NCBI GenBank assembly: GCA_035063585.1
Contig: JAPSGB010000020.1
Span: 1 to 64,000 of the forward strand
Direction: 5' to 3'
DNA length: 64,000 nucleotides
Origin: Polyangiaceae bacterium
GTDB taxonomy: Bacteria > Myxococcota_A > Polyangia > Polyangiales > Polyangiaceae
In this document: piece by piece, positions 48,938 through 59,003 of the stretch
Numbering within the stretch: the stretch's first letter is position 1
Layout: the number at the start of each line of letters is the position of its first letter
The notes under the pieces: model-generated
The model's database searches: none
Told to the model about the DNA's origin: nothing
Seen by the model: only the letters and a program-made list of their open reading frames with translations
Program-made: the position numbers and the translations under genes

Positions 48938-49641
48938 CGGCGATGCCCGGCGCCGTCGCGCGCCTCGCGCTCGCGCTCGCGGCGCTCCTCTTGGTTACGG
49001 TGACCGCGCCGCTCGTGGCGCGCGCGGAGGGCGAGGACGACGGCGACCCACCGCTGCGCGCCGCGCGGTTCGAGTGGGACCGTGCTCGCCAGCACCTCTA
49101 CGTGAGCCTGTCGATCCGCGACGTGGTGGACGCCGACATCCAGAAGAAGATGCGCCAGGGGCTGCCGACCCGGATCGTGCTCACCGCGGTGCTCTTCCAG
49201 GCCGGCTCGAGCGACCCGCTGGCGACCACCGCCCAGACCTGCAAGGTGACCTACGACGTGTGGCAGGAGGCATTTCGGATCGAGCTCACTCGTCCCGGCA
49301 GCGTGCGCTCCCAATGGACGGCGACCATAGAGGGAGTCCTCCGGCGCTGCGCGGACGTGACTCGGCTGCTCACCGGAGACGGCTCACAGGTTCAAGCGGG
49401 CGCGAGCGTGTACCTGCACGCCAAGGTGCAAGTGAACCCGGTCAGCCAAGATCTCCTCGCGAAGCTCAAGCGCTGGGTGTCCCGGCCCACCGGGACCGGC
49501 ACCGCCGCCCCGGGCGACGCGCTCTTCAGCACGTTCACGGGGCTGTTCCTGCAGCGCATGGGTGACGCGGATCGTGAGCTGAAGTTCACCACCAAGACGA
49601 TGGTCCCGACGGTTCCGCCGCCGCCGAAGGAGCGCCGCTGA
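48934..49641 (+). CDS. DUF4390-like periplasmic protein
   Basis: Signal peptide; KMRQGLP, VTYDVWQE.F, VNPVS; GTGA overlap with the Omp85 gene. Confidence 0.7.
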   Translation: MTAMPGAVARLALALAALLLVTVTAPLVARAEGEDDGDPPLRAARFEWDRARQHLYVSLSIRDVVDADIQKKMRQGLPTRIVLTAVLFQAGSSDPLATTAQTCKVTYDVWQEAFRIELTRPGSVRSQWTATIEGVLRRCADVTRLLTGDGSQVQAGASVYLHAKVQVNPVSQDLLAKLKRWVSRPTGTGTAAPGDALFSTFTGLFLQRMGDADRELKFTTKTMVPTVPPPPKERR

Positions 49642-49650
49642 GGCGCGCCG

Positions 49651-50334
49651 CTACTTCCCTGGAGCGTCGAACACGGGCCCGCCCCCGGGCACGCTGGCCG
49701 TCCCCGGTGCGGGGTAGCGCGCGAGGATCGCGAGTCGATAGTAGCGATATTGATGCTGGATCGTGCTCCAGGGAGGCTTCGGCAGCGCACCTTCCACGCA
49801 TTTCACCGCTCGCTTGGCCTGCGGGCCTCGCCATTGGCCGCTCGCCCCGGCGAACACCGTCACGCGCTTGCTGGCGAAATCCACGGTGAGGACGTAGTTC
49901 AGGGTGCCGTCCTTGCCGGTGCGCGGCGCGCAGTCGAAGGTGGCCTTGATCGCCTTCGCGAGCGCGTCATCGAAGAACGGCAGGGCATCGCACAGGCTCC
50001 CCTCTTGGCCGCGTGCGCCGGGCGAGGCCGCGCATTTCACCCGCTGTACCGGGCCGAGCTCGACAGGCTCGCCGGCGCCCGCCTCGAGCGCGACCCCCTC
50101 GACGGCGGGTGCCGCGCTCGGCGCGGCGCTGGCGCTCGCGCTCGCTTCGACGACGCTCCCGGGGCGCCGCCAAAGATAGAGCGGGACGGCCAGCAGGATC
50201 AGCCCCGCCACCAGCGCGATCACGAGCTGCGCGCGGAGCGGTCGATCACCGCCCCGCCCCGGACCGCCGACGCCGAGCCGCCTGAAGCTCGGCTCGCTGG
50301 GCGCCGGAAACGATGGGCGAGGAGGACCGGTCAT
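49651..50334 (-). CDS. Single-pass membrane hypothetical protein with a Cys-containing C-terminal domain
   Basis: TM LVIALVAGLILLAVPLYLW; four Cys in the extracytoplasmic domain. Confidence 0.72.
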   Translation of the reverse strand: MTGPPRPSFPAPSEPSFRRLGVGGPGRGGDRPLRAQLVIALVAGLILLAVPLYLWRRPGSVVEASASASAAPSAAPAVEGVALEAGAGEPVELGPVQRVKCAASPGARGQEGSLCDALPFFDDALAKAIKATFDCAPRTGKDGTLNYVLTVDFASKRVTVFAGASGQWRGPQAKRAVKCVEGALPKPPWSTIQHQYRYYRLAILARYPAPGTASVPGGGPVFDAPGK

Positions 50335-50390
50335 GAGAACGTCGCGATGCGCCGGGCCGGCGCGGAGTCGAGCCCTTTCCTACCCGGCGT

Positions 50391-52085
50391 TCATGCGTCG
50401 AGCAGGGCTTGAACGGGTTGATTCGGCTCGGCCTTCGCGAGCGTCGCCGCGAGGTCGAGCGCGTCGGGCATGAGCCCTTGCACCTGGGAGACGACCTGCT
50501 CGACGACCTGGCGCGCCTCCTCGAGACTCGGGCCCGTCATGGCGATGGCGAATTTCAGCGGCCCGACGCGCCCGGCGGTCCCTGGGATGATGCTCAGGAG
50601 GAGCATCTCGGTGAGCTCGACGACGCGCTGCGCGGCGCGCCGCAAGGCGAGCATCTCGAGGATGGTGGGGCGCTCGCTGACGTGCCGGTTGGGGCCGCGG
50701 ATCTGATAGCGCGCGAGCGACAGCGGTACGGCGTCCCACTCCGCGAAGCCGGCGTCATCGACGAGCGCGCGCACCATCTCATCCCGCGTCAGGAGCTCGG
50801 TGAGCCCATCGCGGCGGCCGAGGTAGCTCTTCGCGCGCTCGTGCTGCGGCGAGCCCTCGTGGAAGCTCACCAGCTTGACGCGACACTCGCCAAGCTGAGC
50901 CTCGCCGCCGTGGAGCATGGTGACGGTCTTTTTCCGATCGAAGCTGTGATCGGCGTAGGTGCCGTTGGTGCTGCCCAGGTCCTCCACCACCCAGGAGCCG
51001 GCCTGCCAGCGCACGGTCGCGTGCGCGCCGGACACGGTCGCCTCGGGGAGCATGATGTCCTGGTTGTTCCGCCGGCCGATCGACATGAGCGGCTTGTCGA
51101 GGGAGAAGAGGGTGCCCGGCAAGTCGGTCGCGTTGGAAGCGAACGTGACGAGCAGCGCTTGCGCACCTGGCACGAAGCTCTCGCTCACCCCGCGCCCCGG
51201 CGGCGGTCCCGGAGACAGGCGCTCGCGAGGGATCTGCACCTGGCTCGTGGTGAGCGCGGTCGGGTTGAAGAACCTGAGGTGCCGCGCGGAGGGGCGAAGC
51301 TCGGGATCTTCGCTCAAGCACCGAAAGATCTGCTTTACCTCCTCGACCGACAAGCCCGAGGGGACGTCGAACATGATCTGCGAGCGCATGGGCTTGGCGC
51401 GAGGCCGATAACCCGGCTCGGGGACGCGGCAGGTCCACATCTCCCAGAGCGTGAGCCCAAGGGCGTACATGTCGTCCTCGGGGCTGGCGCCACCCGAGCG
51501 GAGCCGCTCGGGCGCCATGTAGTTCGGGGTGCCGCCGTCGGGCGGCGCGCCGGGGCGACGCGCGCTCAGCCGCGCGCGCTCCTGGGCGAAGCCGAAATCC
51601 AGGATGATGGCGCGGTCATTGGTCACCATCACGTTGCCGGGCTTGAGATCTCCGTGGACGAGCCCTTGGGCGTGGATGGCCGCGAGCCCAGCGGCGGCCT
51701 CGCTCGCGATCTTGCGAAACTCGTCGGCGGTGTAGCCGCCCTGAGCCTTGCGTCGCCGGATGTGCGTGTGGAGCGTCTGCCCCGCGATCTGCTCCATCAC
51801 CAGGATCGGGCCCCAGGCGCTCGGGGCGAGGTCGTGCACGCGGCAGACGTTCGGGTGGCTCACCGAGCGCGCGAGCAGGAGCTCCTGCCGGAGCGCTTCG
51901 TCGTCCCCCGGCATGCGGGACTCCTCGCGCACGACCTTGAGCGCGACCGGCTGCTGCGTGCTGCGGTCATAGGCGAGAAACACTTCGCCCATGCCACCCT
52001 TGCCGAGACTCTGGCGGATCTCGTAGCGGTCATTGACGACCGCGCCGTGTGCGAGCGGAGGATGATTTCTCGGAGATTGTGCCAT
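50391..52085 (-). CDS. Ser/Thr kinase + FHA + degenerate GGDEF-like domain
   Basis: GKGGMG, HGDLKPGN, DFG, GTPNYMAPE; FHA IGR..VSGAHA..DLGSTNGT; RRDGLTELLTR and GRVGPLKF. Confidence 0.88.
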   Translation of the reverse strand: MAQSPRNHPPLAHGAVVNDRYEIRQSLGKGGMGEVFLAYDRSTQQPVALKVVREESRMPGDDEALRQELLLARSVSHPNVCRVHDLAPSAWGPILVMEQIAGQTLHTHIRRRKAQGGYTADEFRKIASEAAAGLAAIHAQGLVHGDLKPGNVMVTNDRAIILDFGFAQERARLSARRPGAPPDGGTPNYMAPERLRSGGASPEDDMYALGLTLWEMWTCRVPEPGYRPRAKPMRSQIMFDVPSGLSVEEVKQIFRCLSEDPELRPSARHLRFFNPTALTTSQVQIPRERLSPGPPPGRGVSESFVPGAQALLVTFASNATDLPGTLFSLDKPLMSIGRRNNQDIMLPEATVSGAHATVRWQAGSWVVEDLGSTNGTYADHSFDRKKTVTMLHGGEAQLGECRVKLVSFHEGSPQHERAKSYLGRRDGLTELLTRDEMVRALVDDAGFAEWDAVPLSLARYQIRGPNRHVSERPTILEMLALRRAAQRVVELTEMLLLSIIPGTAGRVGPLKFAIAMTGPSLEEARQVVEQVVSQVQGLMPDALDLAATLAKAEPNQPVQALLDA

Positions 52086-52264
52086 GAACGCCCGAGGCGC
52101 GCGGGAAGTCTACGGCGATAGCGTCGTCCATCCGCGAGCAATCTGCAATAATCGCTCACGCGCTCCCCCGAGATCCGCCGCGCCAGCCGCGGCGAGCCTC
52201 CGAAGCGGGAGCCACGCGGCGATTCGCGATGGACGGGCTTCCGCCCGCCGTGCTATCTGAACTC

Positions 52265-52430
52265 GCGATGGGTCGAGCGACCCATCGTGAGACGGACAAG
52301 GGAAGCCGGTGTGACACCGGCGCGGCCCCCGCCACTGTAACCGGGGACGAACGCGAGCACGACCACTGGGCGCAGAGCCCGGGAAGGGCTCGCGCGAGAT
52401 CGATCCGGAAGCCAGGAGACCTGCCCCGCC
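52265..52430 (+). ncRNA. Cobalamin (B12) riboswitch
   Basis: AAGGGAAGCCGGTG..ACACCGGCGCGGCCCCCGCCACTGTAA; CCACTG..GGGAAG; AAGCCAGGAGACCTGCC (B12 box); ends approximate. Confidence 0.93.
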
Positions 52431-52590
52431 TCACCGCCCGTCGCCATGCCGGCGCGGGCTCGTCCGGAGCGACTCCGCGGGGTGTCGGAGCGCGAGGAAG
52501 CAGCCGCCCTCGCGGCTCCGTCCATCGCGCCTGCCACCACACCGAGCGCTCTCCTCGGCCGCGGGTGGCGGCATTTCACGGAGTCGACGA

Positions 52591-54009
52591 ATGAATACAT
52601 GGAAAACAGGGATCCTCCTCGGCGCGCTCGTGCTCAGCTTCAACACGGGCTGCAGTGACGACGACGAGCCGGCCGGGACCGGCGGCGCGAGCTCGTCGGG
52701 CGGCGCGGCAGGAAGCGCTGGCTCCGGCGGCGCGGCGGGAAGCGCTGGCTCCGGCGGCGCAGCAGGAAGCGCTGGCTCCGGCGGCGCGGCGGGAAGCGCT
52801 GGCTCCGGCGGCGCGGCTGGAAGCGCTGGCTCCGGCGGCGCAGCAGGAAGCGCGGGCTCGGCGGGAAGCGCCGGGGCTGGGGGTCAGGGCGGCGCGGCCG
52901 GCGGCACCGGCGGCGCGAGCTCCGGCCCCGCCAATCCAACCAGCATCGCGGTCGTGACGGCGGTGAGCGGCGTCGCTGAGCGTCTGCTCGTGGCGGGCAC
53001 CGACTTCGCGACGACGACCGAGATCGCGACCGTCGATCCGGTGGCGAAGACCGTGCTCGGGCGGGCGTCCATCGCCGACGGCGATGCGGTACCGGCGGCG
53101 AGCGGCGGGCTCGGCTTCGCGCTCGAGCGCACCGCCGACCAGGTAGACGTCCTCGGCGCCGACGGCTCGATCACGGCGACCATCGACGTGACGGCGAGCC
53201 CGACCGGTTCCGCGACGAACCAACAAAAGGCCTACGTGACGCTCTATGGGCGGGATCACCTCGCGGTGCTCGATCTCACGGAGCACTCGGTGCAGAAGCG
53301 CGTCGACCTCTCCTCGTTCGCGGTGGCGGGCGACGGCGACGGGAGCGTCGACGCGGACAGCCTGGTCATCGATCGAGCTGGAAATCGCGCCTACATGTCC
53401 CTCGGGCGGATCGACCGCTCGACCATCACCGCGCCCGACTACAAGCTCGCCTGCCCGAACGCGAAGAGCCTCATCATCGCGCTCGACACGACCACCGACG
53501 CGCTGGTCGGAGCGCCCATCGAGCTCGAGCTCGTCAACCCGACCAGCGTGGCGCTGGACTTGGCGAACGCGCGCCTGATCGTCACCGCCGCGGGCTGCTA
53601 CGAGGCCGGGGGCGCGGCGCGCTCGCACGCCGGCGTCGAGCTCGTGGACCTCACGACCGGCGCGACCACCGTGCGGTGGCAGCCGGCGGCCGACGATTTC
53701 GTCTCGGGGCTCCTTCACCTCGGCGGAAATCGGGTGCTCTTGAACCGCTTCGACCCATCGTTCACCGAGCATTGGACACTCTGGGACCTCACCGGCGCCG
53801 GGCCCGGTGACGCGCTCATCGGGGTGCCCACGAAGCCCGCCTTCGACGGCGCGGACGGGCTCTTCGGGGTCGGCTCGGCAGCGAGCGGCGGCGGCGCGGT
53901 GCCCACCGTGGTGAGCTACGCGCTGGCGACCAAGGCGAGCGACACGCTCGTGAGCCAGCCGTGGACGAGCGACTCGCTGTCGGCCGCCGGCACCGCGCTG
54001 GTGCGCTGA
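52591..54009 (+). CDS. B12-regulated surface lipoprotein, beta-propeller (YncE/BtuG-like)
   Basis: NTGC lipobox; (GSAGSGGAA)n linker; KAYVTLY..LAVLDL, NRAYMSL, NPTSVALD blades; follows the riboswitch. Confidence 0.8.
   Translation: MNTWKTGILLGALVLSFNTGCSDDDEPAGTGGASSSGGAAGSAGSGGAAGSAGSGGAAGSAGSGGAAGSAGSGGAAGSAGSGGAAGSAGSAGSAGAGGQGGAAGGTGGASSGPANPTSIAVVTAVSGVAERLLVAGTDFATTTEIATVDPVAKTVLGRASIADGDAVPAASGGLGFALERTADQVDVLGADGSITATIDVTASPTGSATNQQKAYVTLYGRDHLAVLDLTEHSVQKRVDLSSFAVAGDGDGSVDADSLVIDRAGNRAYMSLGRIDRSTITAPDYKLACPNAKSLIIALDTTTDALVGAPIELELVNPTSVALDLANARLIVTAAGCYEAGGAARSHAGVELVDLTTGATTVRWQPAADDFVSGLLHLGGNRVLLNRFDPSFTEHWTLWDLTGAGPGDALIGVPTKPAFDGADGLFGVGSAASGGGAVPTVVSYALATKASDTLVSQPWTSDSLSAAGTALVR
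52699..52860 (+). repeat. Coding 27-bp tandem repeat (GSAGSGGAA x5-6)
   Basis: GGAAGCGCTGGCTCCGGCGGCGCRGCN units. Confidence 0.88.
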
Positions 54010-54016
54010 GCGCCGT

Positions 54017-55702
54017 TCAATCGCTCATCTCGCGCGTCGGGCAATAGAGCCAGCCGGTCGCGCCCGAGGTAGCGAGCGCGAGCGCGAGGAGCTCCGCGAG
54101 CGCGCCGCTCGCCGCGACGCCGCCCATGAGGCGCGGTAGCGCGGCGAGCGGCGAGCCCCCGCGGCCGCCGGGGATCACCTGGGGCTCGAGCCGCTCGGCG
54201 CCCGGCCCGACCCGCCGGCGCAGCTCGGCGAGCGCGACGTCGAAGCCGCCGAGCGCATCGACCAGCCCGTGCGCGCGCGCGTCGCGGCCGCTCCACACCC
54301 GTCCCCCGGCGAGCGGCAAGACGGCTTCCGGCGTGATGCCACGCCCGCGCGCCACCGCGTCGACGAAGGAGCCATACACGGCGTCTAGCTCTCGTTCCAT
54401 CGCCGCGCGCTCGCCCTCGTCGAGATGACGCGCGGGTGAGGTCAGATCGGCGCGCGCTCCACGCTTCACCACCTCGGTCGTGACGCCAAGCTGGTCGAGG
54501 AGGGGCCCCACCACGAAGCGCGCGGCGATCACGCCGATCGAGCCGGTGAGGGTGGTCGGCTGAGCGACGATCACGCCGGCGCCCATCGCGACCAGGTAGC
54601 CGCCGCTCGCCGCGGCGTCCCCCATGCAGGCCACCACCGGCTTCTTGGCGGCGAGGCGCGTGAGCTGACGCAGCATCCGCTCGGAGGCGAGCGCGCTTCC
54701 GCCGCGCGAGTCGATGTGCACCATCACGCCGCGCGCGCGGGGATCGTCGAGGGCGCGCTTCATTGCACCACACACCGCCCGATCGACGGCCATCGACGAC
54801 CAGGCGAGCGGCCGCGCCGACGCGATCGGACCGTGGACCTCGATGACGGCGAGGTATCGCGGGCGCACGAGCGGCCGGAACCGGAGGCGGCGGCGCGCCC
54901 CGTATCGCGCGGCGTCGATCATCGGCGCGCCGTCGGGGAGCGCCGGCGCGAGCGCGCGCGCGAGCTCGTCCTCGTCGAGCACGGCGTCCGCGAGCCCGCG
55001 CGCGACCGCCTCCGCGGCCGGCCACGGTCCCTCGTTCACCCAGCCCTCGGCGACCGCGCGCTCGACCCGACGACCGCTCGCGAGCGCGTCGATGAGCGCC
55101 TCCCAGGCGGTGTCGAGCACCCCGCTCAGCTGCTCGCGCTCCGCGTCGCTCATCCGGGCCGCGACCAGCCGCTCGCCGGCCGTCTTGTAGCGCCCGCGCG
55201 CGAACACCTCGGCCTCGACGCCGGCGCGGTCGAGCGCGCCCTTCAAGTAGGGCGCCTCGACCGCGAAGCCGAGCGCGGACACGCTCGTCGCAGGTCCGAG
55301 GACCAGCCGATCCGCCGCCGACGCCACGAACAGCTCGCGTGTCCCGCCGCCGCTCGGCAGATACACGACCAGCTCCTTGCCGGCGGCGCGGAGCGCGCCG
55401 AGCGCCTCGCGGAGCGAGGTCGCGGTCGCCATCCCACCGGAGAAGCGCTCGAGCACGACCACGACTCCGCGGACGCGCGCGTCCGCGCCGGCGAGCGCGA
55501 GCACCTCGCGGAGCGCATGGAGCGAGAGCCGCCGGGGCGACCGGTCCCAAAATGCTCGCGGCCGCGCGATCTCCGCCACCCAGCCGTCCACGTCGACGCG
55601 CAGATACGCGCCCCGCGGCGCCGCGAGCGCGCGGCGCACCAGCCGGAGCGGCAAGAGCAGGAGGTCGAGGAGAACCAGGAAGAGACGAAAGAGGATCCGC
55701 AC
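54017..55702 (-). CDS. sppA: Signal peptide peptidase SppA (S49, long form)
   Basis: GRYKTAGE, DSRGGSALAS, MGDAAASGGY, TLTGSIGV, GGRVWSG..GLVD; start approximate (ORF open to 55744). Confidence 0.9.
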   Translation of the reverse strand: MRILFRLFLVLLDLLLLPLRLVRRALAAPRGAYLRVDVDGWVAEIARPRAFWDRSPRRLSLHALREVLALAGADARVRGVVVVLERFSGGMATATSLREALGALRAAGKELVVYLPSGGGTRELFVASAADRLVLGPATSVSALGFAVEAPYLKGALDRAGVEAEVFARGRYKTAGERLVAARMSDAEREQLSGVLDTAWEALIDALASGRRVERAVAEGWVNEGPWPAAEAVARGLADAVLDEDELARALAPALPDGAPMIDAARYGARRRLRFRPLVRPRYLAVIEVHGPIASARPLAWSSMAVDRAVCGAMKRALDDPRARGVMVHIDSRGGSALASERMLRQLTRLAAKKPVVACMGDAAASGGYLVAMGAGVIVAQPTTLTGSIGVIAARFVVGPLLDQLGVTTEVVKRGARADLTSPARHLDEGERAAMERELDAVYGSFVDAVARGRGITPEAVLPLAGGRVWSGRDARAHGLVDALGGFDVALAELRRRVGPGAERLEPQVIPGGRGGSPLAALPRLMGGVAASGALAELLALALATSGATGWLYCPTREMSD

Positions 55703-55898
55703 CGCGCCGGGCGACCCTACCACTCGCGCGAGCGCGAGAGCCAAGGCGCGCGCTCGCGGCCCGGGGCTTGGCGCGGCGCGAGCCCCGCTCCCGGCGACGA
55801 GCTCGTCACGCTACGGCCGTTGAAGACGCGCGCGGGCTCCGGTAAGCTAGGCGCTTGGTCGAGCAGAATCCCTGCTCTCGCTGTCGGAGGGACATCGA

Positions 55899-57032
55899 AT
55901 GGCGCTGGTGACGGGCTCACGCTTGGCGATGGGAGCGCTGCTCTCGGTCTGGGGTCTGCTCGCGCTGCCGGGTTGCGGTTCGGAAGACGCCGCCGGCGGC
56001 AGCGGCGGCACGGCCGGGACGGGCGGCGGCGCGACCGGAGGCGCGGCAGGAGTCGGCACCGGCGGCGGGAGCGCCATCGAGTGCGATGAGCCCGCGTCGC
56101 TCGCGCTCTCGGGGCTCTGGGCGGCCAAGGCCCGCCTGACGGTGAGCCTCACGGCGCAACCGGGCGGCACCGTCACGCTCTGCCCCGCCGAGCAACGCCA
56201 AGAGGCGACGCTCTTTCTCTACCTCGAGGTCCACCAGGACCCCTCCGATCCCAGCAAGCTCGACGCGGTCACGCCGCACGTCTGCTCGGTGGAATTACCC
56301 ACGGTGGAGGGCGGAGTCGGCAGCTGCTCGAACACCACGGTCAAGATGGAGCTCCCGGTGCCCAAGGCGCTCCTCGACGCGATGCCGAAGATCGCGCTCG
56401 CTCCGGTGACCGCCTCGCTGAGCGGCGCCGCGCCGGGCGCGACCCTCAGCACGGAGAAGGTCCTCTTCGTGGCTGGGTCGTCGAAGCCAGCTCCCGAGCT
56501 GCCGACCTGGAACGCGAGCTCGGGCTCCTGCGGCTCGACCACGGTCGGCCGCACCAACCAGTGTGAGGTGGCCTGCGTGAGCGACTGCTCGACCCTACGC
56601 GACGACGACGGCGACGGCTTCCCGGGCATCACGCTGCACGTGTGCGGCCGCACCCAGCAAGACATCACCGACAACGTGCCGTGCAACAACGACGACCCGT
56701 CCGAGGCGGGGACCACCATCCAAGGGCGCGCCTGGCTCGACCTGCAGATCGATCCCTCGCTCGAAGGGACGGTGAAGAGCTCGTGCGAGATGGCCGGCAC
56801 GGTCGACGCGAGTATCCTCTACAACGTGGTGGGCGCCGACGTGACCGTGTCGAACGGCGTGATCTCGGTGAGCGAGGCCATCCGCAGCCTGCCGACGTTC
56901 CACGTCGAGAAGAGCGAGAGCCCCTATCGCATGCTCCGCGTCGACGGGCAGTACGGCGCCCCGGACTGGTCGCTCGGGGCGGACCCGTCGGCCGCCTGCG
57001 CGGCCGTGCTCCAGCACCAGAACGACTTCTGA
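55899..57032 (+). CDS. Cys-rich hypothetical lipoprotein
   Basis: LPGC lipobox, Gly linker, DDDGDGFPGIT motif; GGAGG RBS. Confidence 0.8.
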   Translation: MALVTGSRLAMGALLSVWGLLALPGCGSEDAAGGSGGTAGTGGGATGGAAGVGTGGGSAIECDEPASLALSGLWAAKARLTVSLTAQPGGTVTLCPAEQRQEATLFLYLEVHQDPSDPSKLDAVTPHVCSVELPTVEGGVGSCSNTTVKMELPVPKALLDAMPKIALAPVTASLSGAAPGATLSTEKVLFVAGSSKPAPELPTWNASSGSCGSTTVGRTNQCEVACVSDCSTLRDDDGDGFPGITLHVCGRTQQDITDNVPCNNDDPSEAGTTIQGRAWLDLQIDPSLEGTVKSSCEMAGTVDASILYNVVGADVTVSNGVISVSEAIRSLPTFHVEKSESPYRMLRVDGQYGAPDWSLGADPSAACAAVLQHQNDF

Positions 57033-57161
57033 TCGGGCGGGACCCCGCCGGTTCGCACGGCTCGGCCGAGCTTCGCCCGCGCTTCGACCGGCGGGCCGAC
57101 CGCCGGGCCAACCATCGAGCCCGCCGTCGAGCTGCGCGCGCGGCGGCCGAGTTGGTATACT

Positions 57162-58967
57162 TTGGCCGCCGTGATGAGTCCAAGCGGAGCGCCGAGCACC
57201 GGGCTCGGGCCGGGTGAGGTCGGCCCCGGCGTGCGGCTCGGCCGCTACGAGATCCTGCTCGGCGTCGCGCAGGGAGGCATGGCGCGCGTGTGGGCCGCCA
57301 AGCAGCATGGCCAGCGCGGCTTCTCGAAGACGGTCGCCGTGAAGACCATCCTCCCGGCGCTCGCGATGGACCAGGAGTTCGAGACGATGTTCCTCGACGA
57401 GGCGCGCATCGCGGCCGGGGTGCACCACCCGAACGTCTGCGAGATCTTCGATCTCGGCGAAGAGAACGGGACGCTCTATCTTGCCATGGAGTGGGTGAAC
57501 GGAGAGAGCCTCGCGCGCGTGCTCAAGCCGCGGCGGCCGGCCTCGCCCGAGCGCGCGCCCACCGCGGAGCGCCTGAACGCGCGCATCGCGGCCCGCATCG
57601 TCTCGGACGCCTGCGCGGGGCTCCACGCGGCCCACGAGCTCTGCGACGAGAACGGCAACCGTCTCGGCGTGGTGCACCGCGACGTCTCGCCACAGAACAT
57701 CCTCATCGGCGTGGACGGCAACACTCGCGTCACGGATTTCGGCGTCGCCAAGGCGCTCGGCAGCGCCCACGAGGCCACCACCATCGGTCAGATCAAGGGC
57801 AAGGCGGCCTACATGTCCCCCGAGCAGGCGGCGGGCTCGCGGGTCGATCGGCGGAGCGACGTCTTCGCGCTCGGCATCGTCCTCTACGAGGCCACCACCG
57901 GGCAGCGTCCCTTCTCGGGCGAGAGTCAGCTCGGCACCGTCAAGCAGATCCTCGCCGGCACCTTCGACCCGCCGAGCGTGCTCGTCCCGGGATACCCGCG
58001 GGAGCTCGAGGCGATCGTCCTCCGGGCGATGGCGATGGATCCCATGCAGCGGTTCCCGACGGCCGACCGCATGCGGGTCGCGCTGGAGGAGTGGATCGCG
58101 CGCTCGGGGGCGGTCGTCACCGAGACGCAGGTCGGGACGCTCGTGCGCGAGCGGGTGGGCGCGATGGTGGACGAGCGCATGGCGCGCATTCGCCAGTTGA
58201 TGCAGTCGAGCGCGCCGGCGCTGGTGCCGACGCCGAGCCTGCCGCCGCCGGTGGAGAGCGCGAGCGCGCCGGGCTCGCATCCGAGCCAGGTGAGCCGCGT
58301 GAGCGTGATGACGCACCTCACCCCGGGCGGCACGCCCGCGCCGCACCAGTTCGGCGCCCCGCTCACCTCCAAGCGCGGCAGCCCCGCGCTGCTCGGCGCG
58401 GGGCTCGGGCTCGGGGCGTTCGCGGTCTTCGCGATGGTCGGCGCCGCCATCTTCCTCTCGCGCGGAGGAACCGCCGCGCCGAGCGCGGAGCTCGCGGTCT
58501 CGGCGCCCGCGCCGCCGGCCGCGCCGAAGAGCCCATCACCCTCGGCGGCAGCCAAGGAGCCGACCCGTGGTCCGCCGATTCGCCTGCGGCTCGTGATCCC
58601 GTCGGAGGGCGTGAGGTTCGAGCTCGACGGCAAACCGCTGCCCGCGATCGCGCGCGAGATCCCGCGACCTCCACCGGGCGGCGTCGAGCTCTTGAAGGTG
58701 AGCGCGGACGGGTACCAGGAAGACGTGCTGCGCGTCGACGACAGCACGGGCGAGGTGCTCGACGTGCTCCTCGCGAAGGCCAGCGACGCGCCGGCGGCGC
58801 GCGCAGCGCCGCTAGAGAGCGCCGCGACCGCGGCGAGAGCGGAGCCGCCGGCCGCGACCGCGATGAAGCCCGCGGCGGACGAGCCCGCCGCGGCGCCGAA
58901 GCCCGCCGCCGCCAAGCCCGCGGCTCCCAAGCCGGGCAAGCCGGATATTCCCGAGAACCCGTTCTAG
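57162..58967 (+). CDS. Membrane Ser/Thr kinase with PEGA-like periplasmic domain and NPF C-terminus
   Basis: GGMARV, HRDVSPQN, DFGVAK, GKAAYMSPE; TM; FELDG..KVSADGY; ends DIPENPF; start may be 57174. Confidence 0.93.
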   Translation: MAAVMSPSGAPSTGLGPGEVGPGVRLGRYEILLGVAQGGMARVWAAKQHGQRGFSKTVAVKTILPALAMDQEFETMFLDEARIAAGVHHPNVCEIFDLGEENGTLYLAMEWVNGESLARVLKPRRPASPERAPTAERLNARIAARIVSDACAGLHAAHELCDENGNRLGVVHRDVSPQNILIGVDGNTRVTDFGVAKALGSAHEATTIGQIKGKAAYMSPEQAAGSRVDRRSDVFALGIVLYEATTGQRPFSGESQLGTVKQILAGTFDPPSVLVPGYPRELEAIVLRAMAMDPMQRFPTADRMRVALEEWIARSGAVVTETQVGTLVRERVGAMVDERMARIRQLMQSSAPALVPTPSLPPPVESASAPGSHPSQVSRVSVMTHLTPGGTPAPHQFGAPLTSKRGSPALLGAGLGLGAFAVFAMVGAAIFLSRGGTAAPSAELAVSAPAPPAAPKSPSPSAAAKEPTRGPPIRLRLVIPSEGVRFELDGKPLPAIAREIPRPPPGGVELLKVSADGYQEDVLRVDDSTGEVLDVLLAKASDAPAARAAPLESAATAARAEPPAATAMKPAADEPAAAPKPAAAKPAAPKPGKPDIPENPF

Positions 58968-59003
58968 GGTCGATAGGCTCGGCTGCCTGCTATACCTCGG
59001 GAG

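Noticed and set aside
41673..52149. Shared ATCTGCAAT 9-mer in two upstream regions (41673 and 52141)
   Set aside because: Only two short copies; not distinguishable from chance without a genome-wide count.
52699..52860. GSAGSGGAA coding repeat as a special element
   Set aside because: Gly/Ser linkers after lipoboxes occur in several lipoproteins here; an in-frame slippage expansion explains it.
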